NCBI GenBank assembly: GCA_964414795.1
Contig: CAYPWV010000006.1
Location: 1-59,793, forward strand
Source of the DNA: an uncultured Gammaproteobacteria bacterium
Lineage (GTDB): Bacteria > Patescibacteriota > Patescibacteriia > UBA9934
Direction: 5' to 3'
Length of the DNA: 59,793 nucleotides
Shown here: piece after piece, positions 50,810 through 59,793 of the stretch
Layout: each line of letters opens with the position of its first letter
Numbering within the stretch: the first letter of the stretch is position 1
Program-made: the position numbers and the translations under genes
The notes under the pieces: generated by a model
Database searches by the model: none
What the model was told of the DNA's origin: nothing
What the model saw: only the letters and a program-made list of their open reading frames with translations

Positions 50810-53368
50810 TTACGTTTTTCGCAAGTATTTCTTGAGATACTGGCCGGTGTAGCTCTTGGCGTGGCGAGCAACGTCTTCGGGAGTGCCCGCAACAACGAGC
50901 GTTCCACCCTCCGATCCGCCCTCCGGACCCATATCAATAATCCAATCGGCAGTCTTAATAACGTCGAGGTTATGCTCAATAACCACCATCGAATTTCCTT
51001 TATCTACCAACCGATGAAGCACTTCCAGCAACTTCTTTACATCATCAAAATGCAAACCCGTTGTTGGCTCATCGAGCAAATAGAGCGTCTTTCCCGTTTG
51101 GCGCTTGGAGAGCTCGGACGCGAGTTTTACACGCTGTGCCTCGCCTCCCGAAAGCGTCGTCGCGCTTTGTCCAAGTCGGATATACGCCAAACCCACTTCA
51201 TTCAGCGCACGAAGCTTTACGGCAATATCGGGAATCTCACTAAAGAAATCCGCCGCTTCTTCAATCGTCATCTCCAGCACCTGAGAAATATTCTTCTCTT
51301 TAAACATCACCTCAAGCGTTTCTCGGTTAAAGCGCTTTCCCTTACAGACTTCGCATGTTACGTAGACGGTCGGCAAAAAATGCATTTCAATCGCAATCAT
51401 GCCGTGGCCTTCGCAGTGCTCGCAGCGTCCGCCCGGAACGTTAAAGCTAAAACGACCTGGTTTGTATCCACGCACGCGCGCTTCTTCAGTTTGCGTAAAA
51501 AGTTCGCGAATCGGTCCCCATGCGCCGGTGTAGGTTGCGGGGTTTGAACGAGGCGTGCGGCCAATGGGCGATTGGTCGATAAGAATCGCTTTGTCGATAT
51601 ATTCCAAACCGGTAATGGATTTGTGCGGTTCGGGTTTTTCAGATCCGCCGTTAAGCCGTTTTGCAACCGCAACGTACATCGTGTCGTGGGCAAGTGTGGA
51701 TTTTCCACTTCCCGAAACACCGGTAACGCATACAAACTTTTTGAGCGGAAAATCTACATCGACATTTTTCAGATTATTCCCTGTTGCACCTCGTACTTTA
51801 ATAAACCCCGCATCGCGATGCCGACGCTCTTCGGGAACGGGAATTTTCAGATCTCCCCGCAAATACCCTGCCGTACGAGAATGTGTATCTTGAAATACGT
51901 CTGGAGTTTTTCCTGCGGCAACAACATTTCCGCCATGCACACCTGCGCCCGGACCAATCTCAACCATGTAGTCCGATCGACGAATAGTATCTTCGTCATG
52001 CTCAACCACAAGTACGGTGTTGCCAAGATCGCGCAAACTCTCGAGCGTACGAATCAATTTCTCATTATCGCGTTGATGCAAGCCAATCGTCGGCTCATCA
52101 AGCACATACATTGCGCCCACAAGATGCGATCCAATCTGCGACGCCAAACGAATGCGCTGCGCCTCGCCTCCCGAAAGCGTTCCTGCGGTTCGGTTGAGCG
52201 TAAGGTAATGCAGACCCACATCCAACATAAAACCCAAACGATTTTCTACTTCCTTAAAAATACCCGTAGCAATTTCTTGATCGCGCTCAGAAAGTTCGAT
52301 CGTTAAAAAGAACTTCACCGCCTCATCAACCGACATTTTCACCACGTCAACAATAGACTTTCCATCAACCAAAACGTACAACGCTTCTTTGCGCAAACGA
52401 TCGCCATGACACAACTCACACAGCTTGTCAGAAAATAAATCCTCGGTTCCCAAGCCAGAACATGCAGAACATGCGCCATACGGGCTATTAAATGAAAACA
52501 ACCGTGGCTCAATTTCGGGAAAAGAAAAACCATCATCCGCACAACTAAACTTTGAGGAAAGCGTGCGATCCTCCGTTGGAGTAATAACCTGTGCAACGCC
52601 TTCGCCTTTCCCGATCGCTTGCTCGAGTGCATCCGCCAAACGCTGACGACCATCTTTTGACGGCAATAAAAGTGCGGGGATCGTATCAACAACTACTTCG
52701 ATGGTGTGCTGTTTGTACCGAGAAAGTTCAATCTTATCGCTTAAACGATGCATGACGCCATCAACACGCACTTTTGCATATCCTGCATTATACAAATCGT
52801 AGAGCAATTGATAATACTCACCCTTTCGCCCACGAACCACAGGCGCAAGAACAATCACTTCACCTTTTGGTTCCGATGCACCTTCTAAAATACCCTTCTT
52901 ATTTGTACGGGCGGGTTTTAAACCCGCCCCTACGCCTAGCCCCCGCAACACCACATCAACCATCTCATCAATCGACAGCCTTTCAATCGGCTTATTGCAC
53001 ACGGGGCAATGCGGCTTTCCAATCCGCGCATACAGTACACGAAGATAATCGTAAATCTCCGTAATCGTTGCAATAGTAGAGCGCGGATTGCGACCATGTG
53101 CTTTTTGATCAATGGAAATAGCGGGAGAAAGCCCTTCGATCTCATCAACATCCGGCTTTTGCATATTCCCCAAAAACTGCCGCGCATATGCCGACAAAGA
53201 TTCCACATAGCGTCGCTGCCCTTCCGCAAAAATCGTATCAAACGCCAAACTCGACTTTCCGCTTCCTGACAATCCCGTAAAACAAACCAATTTATTCCGC
53301 GGAATCGTCAGCGAAATGTTTTTGAGATTATGCTCTCGGGCACCTTTGATGCTAATTTCGTCGCGCAT
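50810..53368 (-). CDS. uvrA: excinuclease ABC subunit A
   Basis: Two ABC modules ([18 protein letters not shown]; LSGGEAQR twice) and zinc modules (CPVCNK.., [14 protein letters not shown]). Confidence 0.95.
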   Translation of the reverse strand: MRDEISIKGAREHNLKNISLTIPRNKLVCFTGLSGSGKSSLAFDTIFAEGQRRYVESLSAYARQFLGNMQKPDVDEIEGLSPAISIDQKAHGRNPRSTIATITEIYDYLRVLYARIGKPHCPVCNKPIERLSIDEMVDVVLRGLGVGAGLKPARTNKKGILEGASEPKGEVIVLAPVVRGRKGEYYQLLYDLYNAGYAKVRVDGVMHRLSDKIELSRYKQHTIEVVVDTIPALLLPSKDGRQRLADALEQAIGKGEGVAQVITPTEDRTLSSKFSCADDGFSFPEIEPRLFSFNSPYGACSACSGLGTEDLFSDKLCELCHGDRLRKEALYVLVDGKSIVDVVKMSVDEAVKFFLTIELSERDQEIATGIFKEVENRLGFMLDVGLHYLTLNRTAGTLSGGEAQRIRLASQIGSHLVGAMYVLDEPTIGLHQRDNEKLIRTLESLRDLGNTVLVVEHDEDTIRRSDYMVEIGPGAGVHGGNVVAAGKTPDVFQDTHSRTAGYLRGDLKIPVPEERRHRDAGFIKVRGATGNNLKNVDVDFPLKKFVCVTGVSGSGKSTLAHDTMYVAVAKRLNGGSEKPEPHKSITGLEYIDKAILIDQSPIGRTPRSNPATYTGAWGPIRELFTQTEEARVRGYKPGRFSFNVPGGRCEHCEGHGMIAIEMHFLPTVYVTCEVCKGKRFNRETLEVMFKEKNISQVLEMTIEEAADFFSEIPDIAVKLRALNEVGLAYIRLGQSATTLSGGEAQRVKLASELSKRQTGKTLYLLDEPTTGLHFDDVKKLLEVLHRLVDKGNSMVVIEHNLDVIKTADWIIDMGPEGGSEGGTLVVAGTPEDVARHAKSYTGQYLKKYLRKT
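52905..52933. repeat. family-3 REP-like hairpin inside the uvrA CDS
   Basis: GTACGGGCGGGTTTTAAACCCGCCCCTAC is translated in frame as GAGLKPART. Confidence 0.9.
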
Positions 53369-53375
53369 AGAATGG

Positions 53376-53756
53376 TTATATAGATCTTCCCATGCTCATA
53401 CCAAGGACCATGAGTAATAGCCAAAAAAGATTAGAAAGAAACACGCATACCGAAAAAATCCGACGCTCTTTACGAAAAAAGAAAATACCGCTAACGATAA
53501 ATAGATATACGGGTATGAGTATAAGAGAAAAAATGAAATATACAGAAAAAATACCTAACAATATATTCGTGTATTCTGATGTACCACGAAAAGTATTGGT
53601 ATATGCTGCAGCAAAAAAACCTATATAAAGAAAAATGAGGGAAAAAAGGGGAAGGAATACTAATCGTGTGTACGTTTTTGAACTGGGGAGAACATTGAAT
53701 TTCATATTTTTGACGATAAGATCGCAATGTGGTATCATATATTTACAAATTGCCAT
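53376..53756 (-). CDS. small polytopic membrane protein
   Basis: Up to 126 aa with 3-4 hydrophobic spans. Alternative ATGs lie at 53738 and 53705. It ends 7 nt upstream of the uvrA start. Confidence 0.5.
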   Translation of the reverse strand: MAICKYMIPHCDLIVKNMKFNVLPSSKTYTRLVFLPLFSLIFLYIGFFAAAYTNTFRGTSEYTNILLGIFSVYFIFSLILIPVYLFIVSGIFFFRKERRIFSVCVFLSNLFWLLLMVLGMSMGRSI

Positions 53757-54171
53757 TTGGCACCTGAGGACCCCGCAAGGGGTCCGTTTTGTTTAATAGA
53801 CCTATCATCTTCTCAACAAGCTGCGTAAATACATGAGGATGTACTTTTAATATTTTTCTTGTAAGACGCTTAGAACTCATCGTTTTAACTTGCGAGAGAA
53901 TAACTGATCTTCGAATCCCGTGAACGTCCAATGAGAAATAAAATTTTCCTTCTTTGATCGTCGAAGTAAGCGGCACACCCCAAAAAAGATCTGCATTAAA
54001 TTTTCGTACAACAAGAATGGGGCGCTCAAAACGCTCATGCTTTCCATCTTGTTCAGTACCGATATTTTCACCCAGTGCACACCACCAAATCTCACGCTCA
54101 AGAAAAAGTATGTGACGAGATGAATTTTCTATCTCTTTTTTAAGGCAATGCCATTTTTGAAAATCTTTCAT
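53743..54171 (-). CDS. MazF/PemK-like (CcdB/MazF-fold) protein, paralog 2
   Basis: EREIWWCALGENIGTEQDGKHERFERPILVVRKF. It is a paralog of 38024-38452. Confidence 0.55.
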   Translation of the reverse strand: MKDFQKWHCLKKEIENSSRHILFLEREIWWCALGENIGTEQDGKHERFERPILVVRKFNADLFWGVPLTSTIKEGKFYFSLDVHGIRRSVILSQVKTMSSKRLTRKILKVHPHVFTQLVEKMIGLLNKTDPLRGPQVPNGNL

Positions 54172-54182
54172 AGAAATGTGAT

Positions 54183-54206
54183 GGATCCTTCGCTAAGCTC
54201 AGGATC
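54183..54206. repeat. short family-2b hairpin (GGATCCTTCGC..GCTCAGGATC)
   Basis: Related hairpins occur at 23880-23903 and 31181-31207. This one lies between the uvrB stop and the MazF-like start. Confidence 0.6.
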
Positions 54207-54213
54207 TTTCTCT

Positions 54214-56277
54214 TTATTTATGCTTTCTTTTTACCTTATCTGCCTTCACGAGCTTCTTTGCCGCAAGTTCAACGGACAAGACTTTGATCTCATCGCGGAG
54301 AATCGCCGCAGTTTCGAACATGAGGAGCTCCGCAGCTTTTTGCATTTCAATTTTCTTTTCTTTGATGACGTCGGCGAGTTCTTTTGGAGAAGCCGTAAGC
54401 TCAATCCGCAACACCTTCTTCATTTCTTCAGCTCGCGCACCATCGTCACCAAGCATGGCGCGAATATCAGTAATGTTCTTACTAATAGACTTCGGTGTAA
54501 TTCCCTCGGCGGTATTGTGTGCGATTTGAATTGCACGTCGACGTGCGGTTTCACTCAGCGCGCGATCAAGCGAACCAGTCATGTTATCGGCATAGAGCAC
54601 CACGAGACCATGCAGGTGACGCGCGGCACGACCAATCGTTTGAATGAGTGACGTTTCTGAACGCAAAAATCCTTCTTTATCAGCATCCAAAATTCCGATA
54701 AGCGAAACTTCGGGAAGGTCGAGACCTTCACGCAACAAGTTCACACCCACGATAACGTCGTACACGCCCTTACGAAGATCGGTGAGAATTGCGATGCGCT
54801 CAATCGTTTCTACATCAGAATGCAAAAAGGCAACTTTTACCCCTTCTTGCTTTAAATAATCCGTAAGATCTTCGGACATTTTTTTGGTAAGCGTGGTGAT
54901 AAGCGCTCGCTCGCCTTGTGCAATGCGTTCTTTTACGCGACGAATGATGTCCGGCACCTGGCCATCAAAAGGCTTTCCATCTAGCCCCTCTTCGGTAGCC
55001 GTTACCGGCATGATAAGGGTTTCTGGATCAATAAGACCGGTTGGGCGAATAATTTGCTCAACAATGCGTTCGGAATGTTGTTTTTCAAAAGGACCTGGCG
55101 TTGCAGAAACAAACACTACCTGATTGACTGTATGCATGAATTCATCAAAAGTTAACGGACGATTATCTTTTGCAGAAGGCAAACGGAAACCATGATCCAC
55201 AAGCGTTTGCTTGCGCGCCTGATCGCCTGCGTACATTCCCCCAATTTGCGGAATACTCACGTGACTCTCATCAATAACCGTTAAAAAATCTTTCGGGAAA
55301 TACGAAAGAAGGGTAAACGCAGGCTCGCCCGCAGAACGTCCATCAAAATGGCGAGAATAATTTTCGATTCCCGAACAAAAACCAATGTTCTTGATCATTT
55401 CCAAATCGTACTTCACGCGACGTTGCAAGCGCTCATATTCCAAAATCTTGCCTTCTTTATCGAGTTCAGCGAGACGGCGTTCAAGCTCAGATGCAATTGC
55501 TCGCACGGCACGATCGCGCTCTTCTTGCGACGACATAAAGTGCTTTGCGGGAAATACCCATGCATCGACAAGCGTTTTTTTGAGCGATCGCGTTACCGGA
55601 TCAAGCTGAAAAATTTCTTCAGCGCCTCCTGCACCAAAGACCACGCGATACAAAATTTCCTCGTTCGCAGGCATAAACTCAAGCACATCACCTCGCAAAC
55701 GGAACTGCCCACGAAACACATCAACATTCGTACGTTCAAAATGAAGCTCAATCAATCGACGCAAAATGTCTTCACGAGATTGCCCGTCTCCAATACGCAA
55801 ATGAATCACTTCTCGCTGATACGCCTCGGGCGAACCGAGTCCATACAAACACGAAACCGACGCAACAATAATCACATCACGACGCGACAACAATGCTTGC
55901 GTTGCCGCATGCCGCAATCGATCAATTTCATCATTAATAGTTGCCTCTTTTTCAATATACGTATCCGTTCGTGGCATGTATGCCTCTGGCTGATAGTAAT
56001 CGTAGTAGGAAACAAAATATTCAACCGCGTTATTAGGGAAAAATTCTCGAAACTCGTTACACAACTGCGCGGCAAGGGTTTTATTGTGGGCAACCACAAG
56101 CGTAGGACGTTGCACTTCTTGAATAACATTCGCCATAGTGAACGTTTTTCCCGAACCCGTAACACCAAGCAATGTTTGAAAACGCTCGTTTTGTTTTAAG
56201 CCATCACAAAGCCCTGCGATTGCTTTTGGCTGATCGCCCGCAGGCTTGTATGATGAGTGAAGATCGAAAGAGGACAT
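54214..56277 (-). CDS. uvrB: excinuclease ABC subunit B
   Basis: YKPAGDQPKAI, GVTGSGKT, DESH and a C-terminal UVR motif. Start set at MSSFDL (56277), because the upstream in-frame extension is encoded by repeat copy D. Confidence 0.95.
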   Translation of the reverse strand: MSSFDLHSSYKPAGDQPKAIAGLCDGLKQNERFQTLLGVTGSGKTFTMANVIQEVQRPTLVVAHNKTLAAQLCNEFREFFPNNAVEYFVSYYDYYQPEAYMPRTDTYIEKEATINDEIDRLRHAATQALLSRRDVIIVASVSCLYGLGSPEAYQREVIHLRIGDGQSREDILRRLIELHFERTNVDVFRGQFRLRGDVLEFMPANEEILYRVVFGAGGAEEIFQLDPVTRSLKKTLVDAWVFPAKHFMSSQEERDRAVRAIASELERRLAELDKEGKILEYERLQRRVKYDLEMIKNIGFCSGIENYSRHFDGRSAGEPAFTLLSYFPKDFLTVIDESHVSIPQIGGMYAGDQARKQTLVDHGFRLPSAKDNRPLTFDEFMHTVNQVVFVSATPGPFEKQHSERIVEQIIRPTGLIDPETLIMPVTATEEGLDGKPFDGQVPDIIRRVKERIAQGERALITTLTKKMSEDLTDYLKQEGVKVAFLHSDVETIERIAILTDLRKGVYDVIVGVNLLREGLDLPEVSLIGILDADKEGFLRSETSLIQTIGRAARHLHGLVVLYADNMTGSLDRALSETARRRAIQIAHNTAEGITPKSISKNITDIRAMLGDDGARAEEMKKVLRIELTASPKELADVIKEKKIEMQKAAELLMFETAAILRDEIKVLSVELAAKKLVKADKVKRKHK

Positions 56278-56283
56278 ATTGAG

Positions 56284-56393
56284 TTTGTCATCCCGGGCAC
56301 CGACCCGGGATCCATCGCATCTTAACTTAAGTACGATAGATGCCGGCCTGCCCATAGGCCAACGGCCGAGGGATCAAGTCCGGCATGACGAAA
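56284..56393. repeat. family-1 double-hairpin MITE-like element, copy D (inverted orientation)
   Basis: TTTGTCATCCCGGGCACCGACCCGGGATCC ... GATGCCGG..CCGGCATGACGAAA. The GCCGG hairpin is expanded in this copy. Confidence 0.85.
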
Positions 56394-56447
56394 TATAAAA
56401 GCAACTCTATCTTATCACATTGTATACCAAACAAAAAGCGAACACCT

Positions 56448-58235
56448 ATGTTTTCCCCAGAACTCCTCCAACACATTGCCCTTGCACGACTGGTTCTTTT
56501 GGGAACCGTAGGAATGCTCGTGATTCTCGCAATTATCACAACGCGACAAAAAAACAATCCTGCAAAAGACGCCATAAATAGCGTCTCTACGATCTGGTCG
56601 ATAGCAATTGGCGTTGCGTGGGCCGCAGGTGCAGCGATCATCCTCCTTCCCGCACACACTCTTCTTTGGGGAAATCAAGGAGATGAAGCATTTCAAATTG
56701 CGTTCATGGAAAAAGTGATCAGTGGACATCCTTTTACTGATTTTTTCTACGCACATCTTTCTCCTTTTTATCCGCCGCTGTATTTTTGGATTTTTGGAAC
56801 AATCGGACGACTCTTTAACTGGGACGGCATTGTTGCCGCACAATGGGGAACCATACTTACCTATGCCTTTCTCCCTCTTGCCGCACTCGTATTTGCAAAA
56901 CTTTGTCGATGGACAACGCAAGAACAGCGTACTGTTCTTTTTCTTTCGATAGCGACACTATTCTGCATCCCCGCAGAAGCACTTCTTTTAAAACCGTATG
57001 AGGCTGCGGCAGCACTCTTGAGCGTGCTTTGGATTGTTGCGTTTACAAAAGTGCTCCGCGAACCATCGTGGAGATTGCGCATTATTCTTGGAGTAACGGG
57101 AGGTGTGATTTTTTTAACGTATTATTTTTGGTTTGTGTTGTTGATTCCAGCGATGGTGGGGTTGATAGTGTTTCGTCATGCCGGACACCGATCCGGCATC
57201 CATCGCAATCAAGAAAATGATGGATCCCGGGTCGAGCCCAGGATGACACAGGACGCACTCTCTTTCATCACCATCGGCATCATCGTCACGACCATGGCAA
57301 TGCCCTTTCTTATTCCGTACATCATCGACTTTGCAAGATTTGGACATGAAAACTACCAAGCAACGTATTTCTTTCCTACCGATGCTGATCTGTATGCGCC
57401 GTGGCTTTCGCTGAGTCTTGCGGGATTGCTCGCCTTGGGAAGTCTCGTGACGTACATCGCAAAAAGAACATGGAGTGATGCACAAATTGCGTCGCTCGCA
57501 CTGTTGGGAAGTATTTTCGCGTGGCATGGAGTGCAGCTTATCGTTCTTGCTTTTGGAGGCAAGCCGATCATGCTGAGTAAACCATTTTTGTTTTTAGGGA
57601 GTATTGCGTTGTTTTTGCCGGCAGTTGAGTACATGAATGAAAAAATAGATAAGCAATTAGGTGCGCTAGGCCCTTCCTATCGTCAGGGTCTTCTACCCCG
57701 TATCCTCATCGCAACAATACTCATGATCTCACCCCTTCTTCCTAACGGACTTTTTCTCGATGATCCAAAAATACAAACACAACTTGAACAAAATCTTCTT
57801 CCGCAGACCAGTGCATTTGTTGCAGAAAATATTCGCATCTTTGTCCCAGATTACGCAGATCGAACGTGGCTCGTGAGCGGACTCCAAGATCTTAATGGCA
57901 CTCTCCCATTCACTCATTATCTCGCCTGGAATCCACATTTTAGCAATCCCGCTGCACATTGGGGATCACGACTCGAAGAGTTGCAACGCATCTCACATCT
58001 TTCGTCAGCAGCAGAAACAACACAGGCATTTGATGATCTGGGAATAAATGCACTTCTTTTCTATCGAGCAACCGATGAACAAGAAAACCCTTATTATCCT
58101 TTCTTTTACGAAGAGGATGCATGGCCAAATGGAACAGAAAGTAGAGAACTCAGATTTGACGAAAAGCTCATAAGTCTCGAAGATTGGCAGGTGGCACACG
58201 AAGATAACGAATGGAGAGTATTATTAAGGAAATAA
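56448..58235 (+). CDS. large polytopic membrane protein, possibly a GT-C-type glycosyltransferase
   Basis: About 12 or more TM segments. The segment GDEAFQIAFMEK..FYPPLYFWIFG resembles arabinofuranosyl/GT-C transferases (tentative). It carries repeat copy E in frame. Confidence 0.5.
   Translation: MFSPELLQHIALARLVLLGTVGMLVILAIITTRQKNNPAKDAINSVSTIWSIAIGVAWAAGAAIILLPAHTLLWGNQGDEAFQIAFMEKVISGHPFTDFFYAHLSPFYPPLYFWIFGTIGRLFNWDGIVAAQWGTILTYAFLPLAALVFAKLCRWTTQEQRTVLFLSIATLFCIPAEALLLKPYEAAAALLSVLWIVAFTKVLREPSWRLRIILGVTGGVIFLTYYFWFVLLIPAMVGLIVFRHAGHRSGIHRNQENDGSRVEPRMTQDALSFITIGIIVTTMAMPFLIPYIIDFARFGHENYQATYFFPTDADLYAPWLSLSLAGLLALGSLVTYIAKRTWSDAQIASLALLGSIFAWHGVQLIVLAFGGKPIMLSKPFLFLGSIALFLPAVEYMNEKIDKQLGALGPSYRQGLLPRILIATILMISPLLPNGLFLDDPKIQTQLEQNLLPQTSAFVAENIRIFVPDYADRTWLVSGLQDLNGTLPFTHYLAWNPHFSNPAAHWGSRLEELQRISHLSSAAETTQAFDDLGINALLFYRATDEQENPYYPFFYEEDAWPNGTESRELRFDEKLISLEDWQVAHEDNEWRVLLRK
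57171..57250. repeat. family-1 double-hairpin MITE-like element, copy E, inside a CDS
   Basis: TTTCGTCATGCCGGACACCGATCCGGCATCC..GATCCCGGGTCGAGCCCAGGATGAC is translated as FRHAGHRSGIHRNQENDGSRVEPRMT. Confidence 0.9.
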
Positions 58236-58243
58236 ATCTATTT

Positions 58244-59719
58244 ATGACTATTCATTTCTCACAACATAAGCTCATCGGGCTCACCGCTTTGTGTTCCGCA
58301 ATCGCACTCGATTATTTCGTGTTTGCCAGTATGTTTCATGAAGAGATACCCAATGGTCTTGCATTTCTTTTTGCAGAAGGCATCTTTCTCCTTGGACTTC
58401 TCATTGTAGCAAAAGTAACGGAAAAGACTCTTTTTCCTCTTTGGTACTTTTGTGCATTTTTTGCCCTCATCGGATCACTAGCACCCTTTGTGACAAATTC
58501 AGAAATAGGACTCTACATTGCTACTACAGAAATTCTTCTCGCTAACACACTCCTCATTATTTCTTTCCTCAATACAAAAAACGTTCCTTCACGATTCTTT
58601 GAGCTTATTAATTGGACAATTGTTCAGCCATTTGAAAAACTTGTAAAAGGCGTGGCGTGCGTCTTTGAAAAAATAGGGATGTTTTGGAAGCAAAGAAACA
58701 ATAAAGAGCGTGCGATTGTTATCGGCATTCCCGCAGCACTCGTCACCCTGCTTCTTCTTTCTCAAACAGATCCTCTTCTTGCGGAAATCGTAGACAGACT
58801 TGCCGAGTTTCTTCCTGACTTCTTCTTTGCGCATCTCTTTACAATCTTCTTTGTCGCACTAGGTCTCTTCATACTCCTTCTCGGACCAACTCTTCCAGAA
58901 GCCGACATTGCACCGTACCCACAACATCATCAATCTCCCATAGCCTGGTCTCTCGTTCTCGGACTGCTCAACGTTCCTTTGGCAATCTTTGTAGGATCTC
59001 AATTAGCAACCTATCTTTTGCAAAAAATGGGAACGATGGACTTCGCACTTACCTATTCAGAATACGCGACACGAGGAGTTGTCGAGGCATGCGTAGCAAC
59101 ACTTCTCTGTAGTACGGCGGTTGCGCTGGCTTGGTCAAAGGAAGAAAAGAATCAAGAAAAACTCATGGTACCCACGGGCATCATGGCATGCGCACTCATA
59201 CTCGTAACAATCGTCGCAGAAACAAGAGTTCTCAATTACATTCAAGAATTTGGCTTTACACCCACAAGAATCGTGGGAGCACTCGGAATTCTTACCCTTC
59301 TTGGTGCAATCATTCTCTCAAACATTTTGCTCCTCACAAAAAAGAATATCCATCAGCCTCTTTTTGCGAGCGGCGTCCTGATGATGATATTCATGGCACT
59401 TATTCCGCTCATGCAGCTCGATACACAGAGCATGCGTCTCAACATTGCACGAGCGACTGCAATAGAGCCTCTTGATTCAGATGACATCTCCGATCTCTCT
59501 TCAGAAGCCTATCCCGCATTCCTCAAGGCAATCGAAGAAAACGTTCCAATGGAAGGCATGATCACCGAATGTAGTAATAGTAAGTCCCGCGTATCATATA
59601 ACCGTTTCATTCGTAAAGCTGAAAAAAAAGAAGATGTTCGATGGATGAATATGACATTACCGGGAATTGCCATGAATCAATTCCTTGCAGCACATGATTT
59701 ACCGGAGGAATGCAAATAG
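58244..59719 (+). CDS. hypothetical polytopic membrane protein
   Basis: About 490 aa with many TM segments and a soluble C-terminal tail. The longer ORF start at 58211 overlaps the previous gene. Confidence 0.55.
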   Translation: MTIHFSQHKLIGLTALCSAIALDYFVFASMFHEEIPNGLAFLFAEGIFLLGLLIVAKVTEKTLFPLWYFCAFFALIGSLAPFVTNSEIGLYIATTEILLANTLLIISFLNTKNVPSRFFELINWTIVQPFEKLVKGVACVFEKIGMFWKQRNNKERAIVIGIPAALVTLLLLSQTDPLLAEIVDRLAEFLPDFFFAHLFTIFFVALGLFILLLGPTLPEADIAPYPQHHQSPIAWSLVLGLLNVPLAIFVGSQLATYLLQKMGTMDFALTYSEYATRGVVEACVATLLCSTAVALAWSKEEKNQEKLMVPTGIMACALILVTIVAETRVLNYIQEFGFTPTRIVGALGILTLLGAIILSNILLLTKKNIHQPLFASGVLMMIFMALIPLMQLDTQSMRLNIARATAIEPLDSDDISDLSSEAYPAFLKAIEENVPMEGMITECSNSKSRVSYNRFIRKAEKKEDVRWMNMTLPGIAMNQFLAAHDLPEECK

Positions 59720-59793
59720 AAGAGAGATCTTTTATTTGCTTCCTCTCCAGAATCTAACGCAACGAGTAGAATCCTACCCGTATGCCAGAATCC

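Noticed and set aside
56278-56355. N-terminal extensions that run into repeats: uvrB 56278-56355, PAP2 31064-31168, nrdA 13751-13777, nrdB 14873-14914 and the membrane protein 56385-56447.
   Set aside because: The extra residues (for example ..SRVGARDDKL.., ..PDTDPAS..-type strings) are translations of the palindromic elements or of the NrdR-box region. Internal ATGs give N-termini typical of each family.
8631-57250. Whether the dispersed hairpin repeats constitute a CRISPR array.
   Set aside because: The copies are scattered over 50 kb at gene junctions. They are not arranged as regularly spaced direct repeats with unique spacers, and no cas genes are present.

Overview
This is a compact bacterial window of about 50 genes, almost all on the minus strand. 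I saw no rRNA, tRNA or CRISPR array. The gene content suggests a reduced-genome organism, possibly Patescibacteria/CPR-like; that is inference from content and style only.

Recognisable genes:
- DNA repair: uvrB, uvrA and uvrC in one 10-kb minus-strand block, plus a UvrD/PcrA helicase and endonuclease III.
- Cell division and envelope: mraZ-rsmH-ftsL-like, a PBP2/FtsI transpeptidase, MltG and a PAP2 lipid phosphatase.
- Nucleotide and central metabolism: class I ribonucleotide reductase alpha and beta, GpmI, malic enzyme, UDP-glucose dehydrogenase, a ManC-like enzyme and a LOG-family protein.
- Other: GreA, a DEAD-box helicase, the CCA-adding enzyme, an ABC-2 exporter, an ABC-F ATPase, a SET-domain protein, a HelD-like helicase and a 1901-aa repetitive surface protein.

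Features beyond ordinary annotation:
1. At least three dispersed palindromic repeat families. Copies sit in frame inside uvrA, uvrD, cca, a polytopic membrane protein and a RAYT-like HUH transposase gene.
2. A RAYT-like gene start-stop coupled to uvrC.
3. G+C-rich islets carrying orphan genes: a 235-aa ORF, a 643-aa winged-helix/coiled-coil ORF, and two tandem promoter-microORF-terminator cassettes encoding 35- and 40-aa peptides that fall below the ORF-track cutoff.
4. A perfect 39-bp inverted repeat exactly bracketing one small membrane-protein gene.
5. A roughly 390-nt hairpin-dense transcript candidate with a consensus promoter and a terminator upstream of uvrD.
6. Two solitary MazF/PemK-like paralogs, one inserted with a small membrane protein between uvrB and uvrA.

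All functional calls come from motif recognition by eye. No database search was run.
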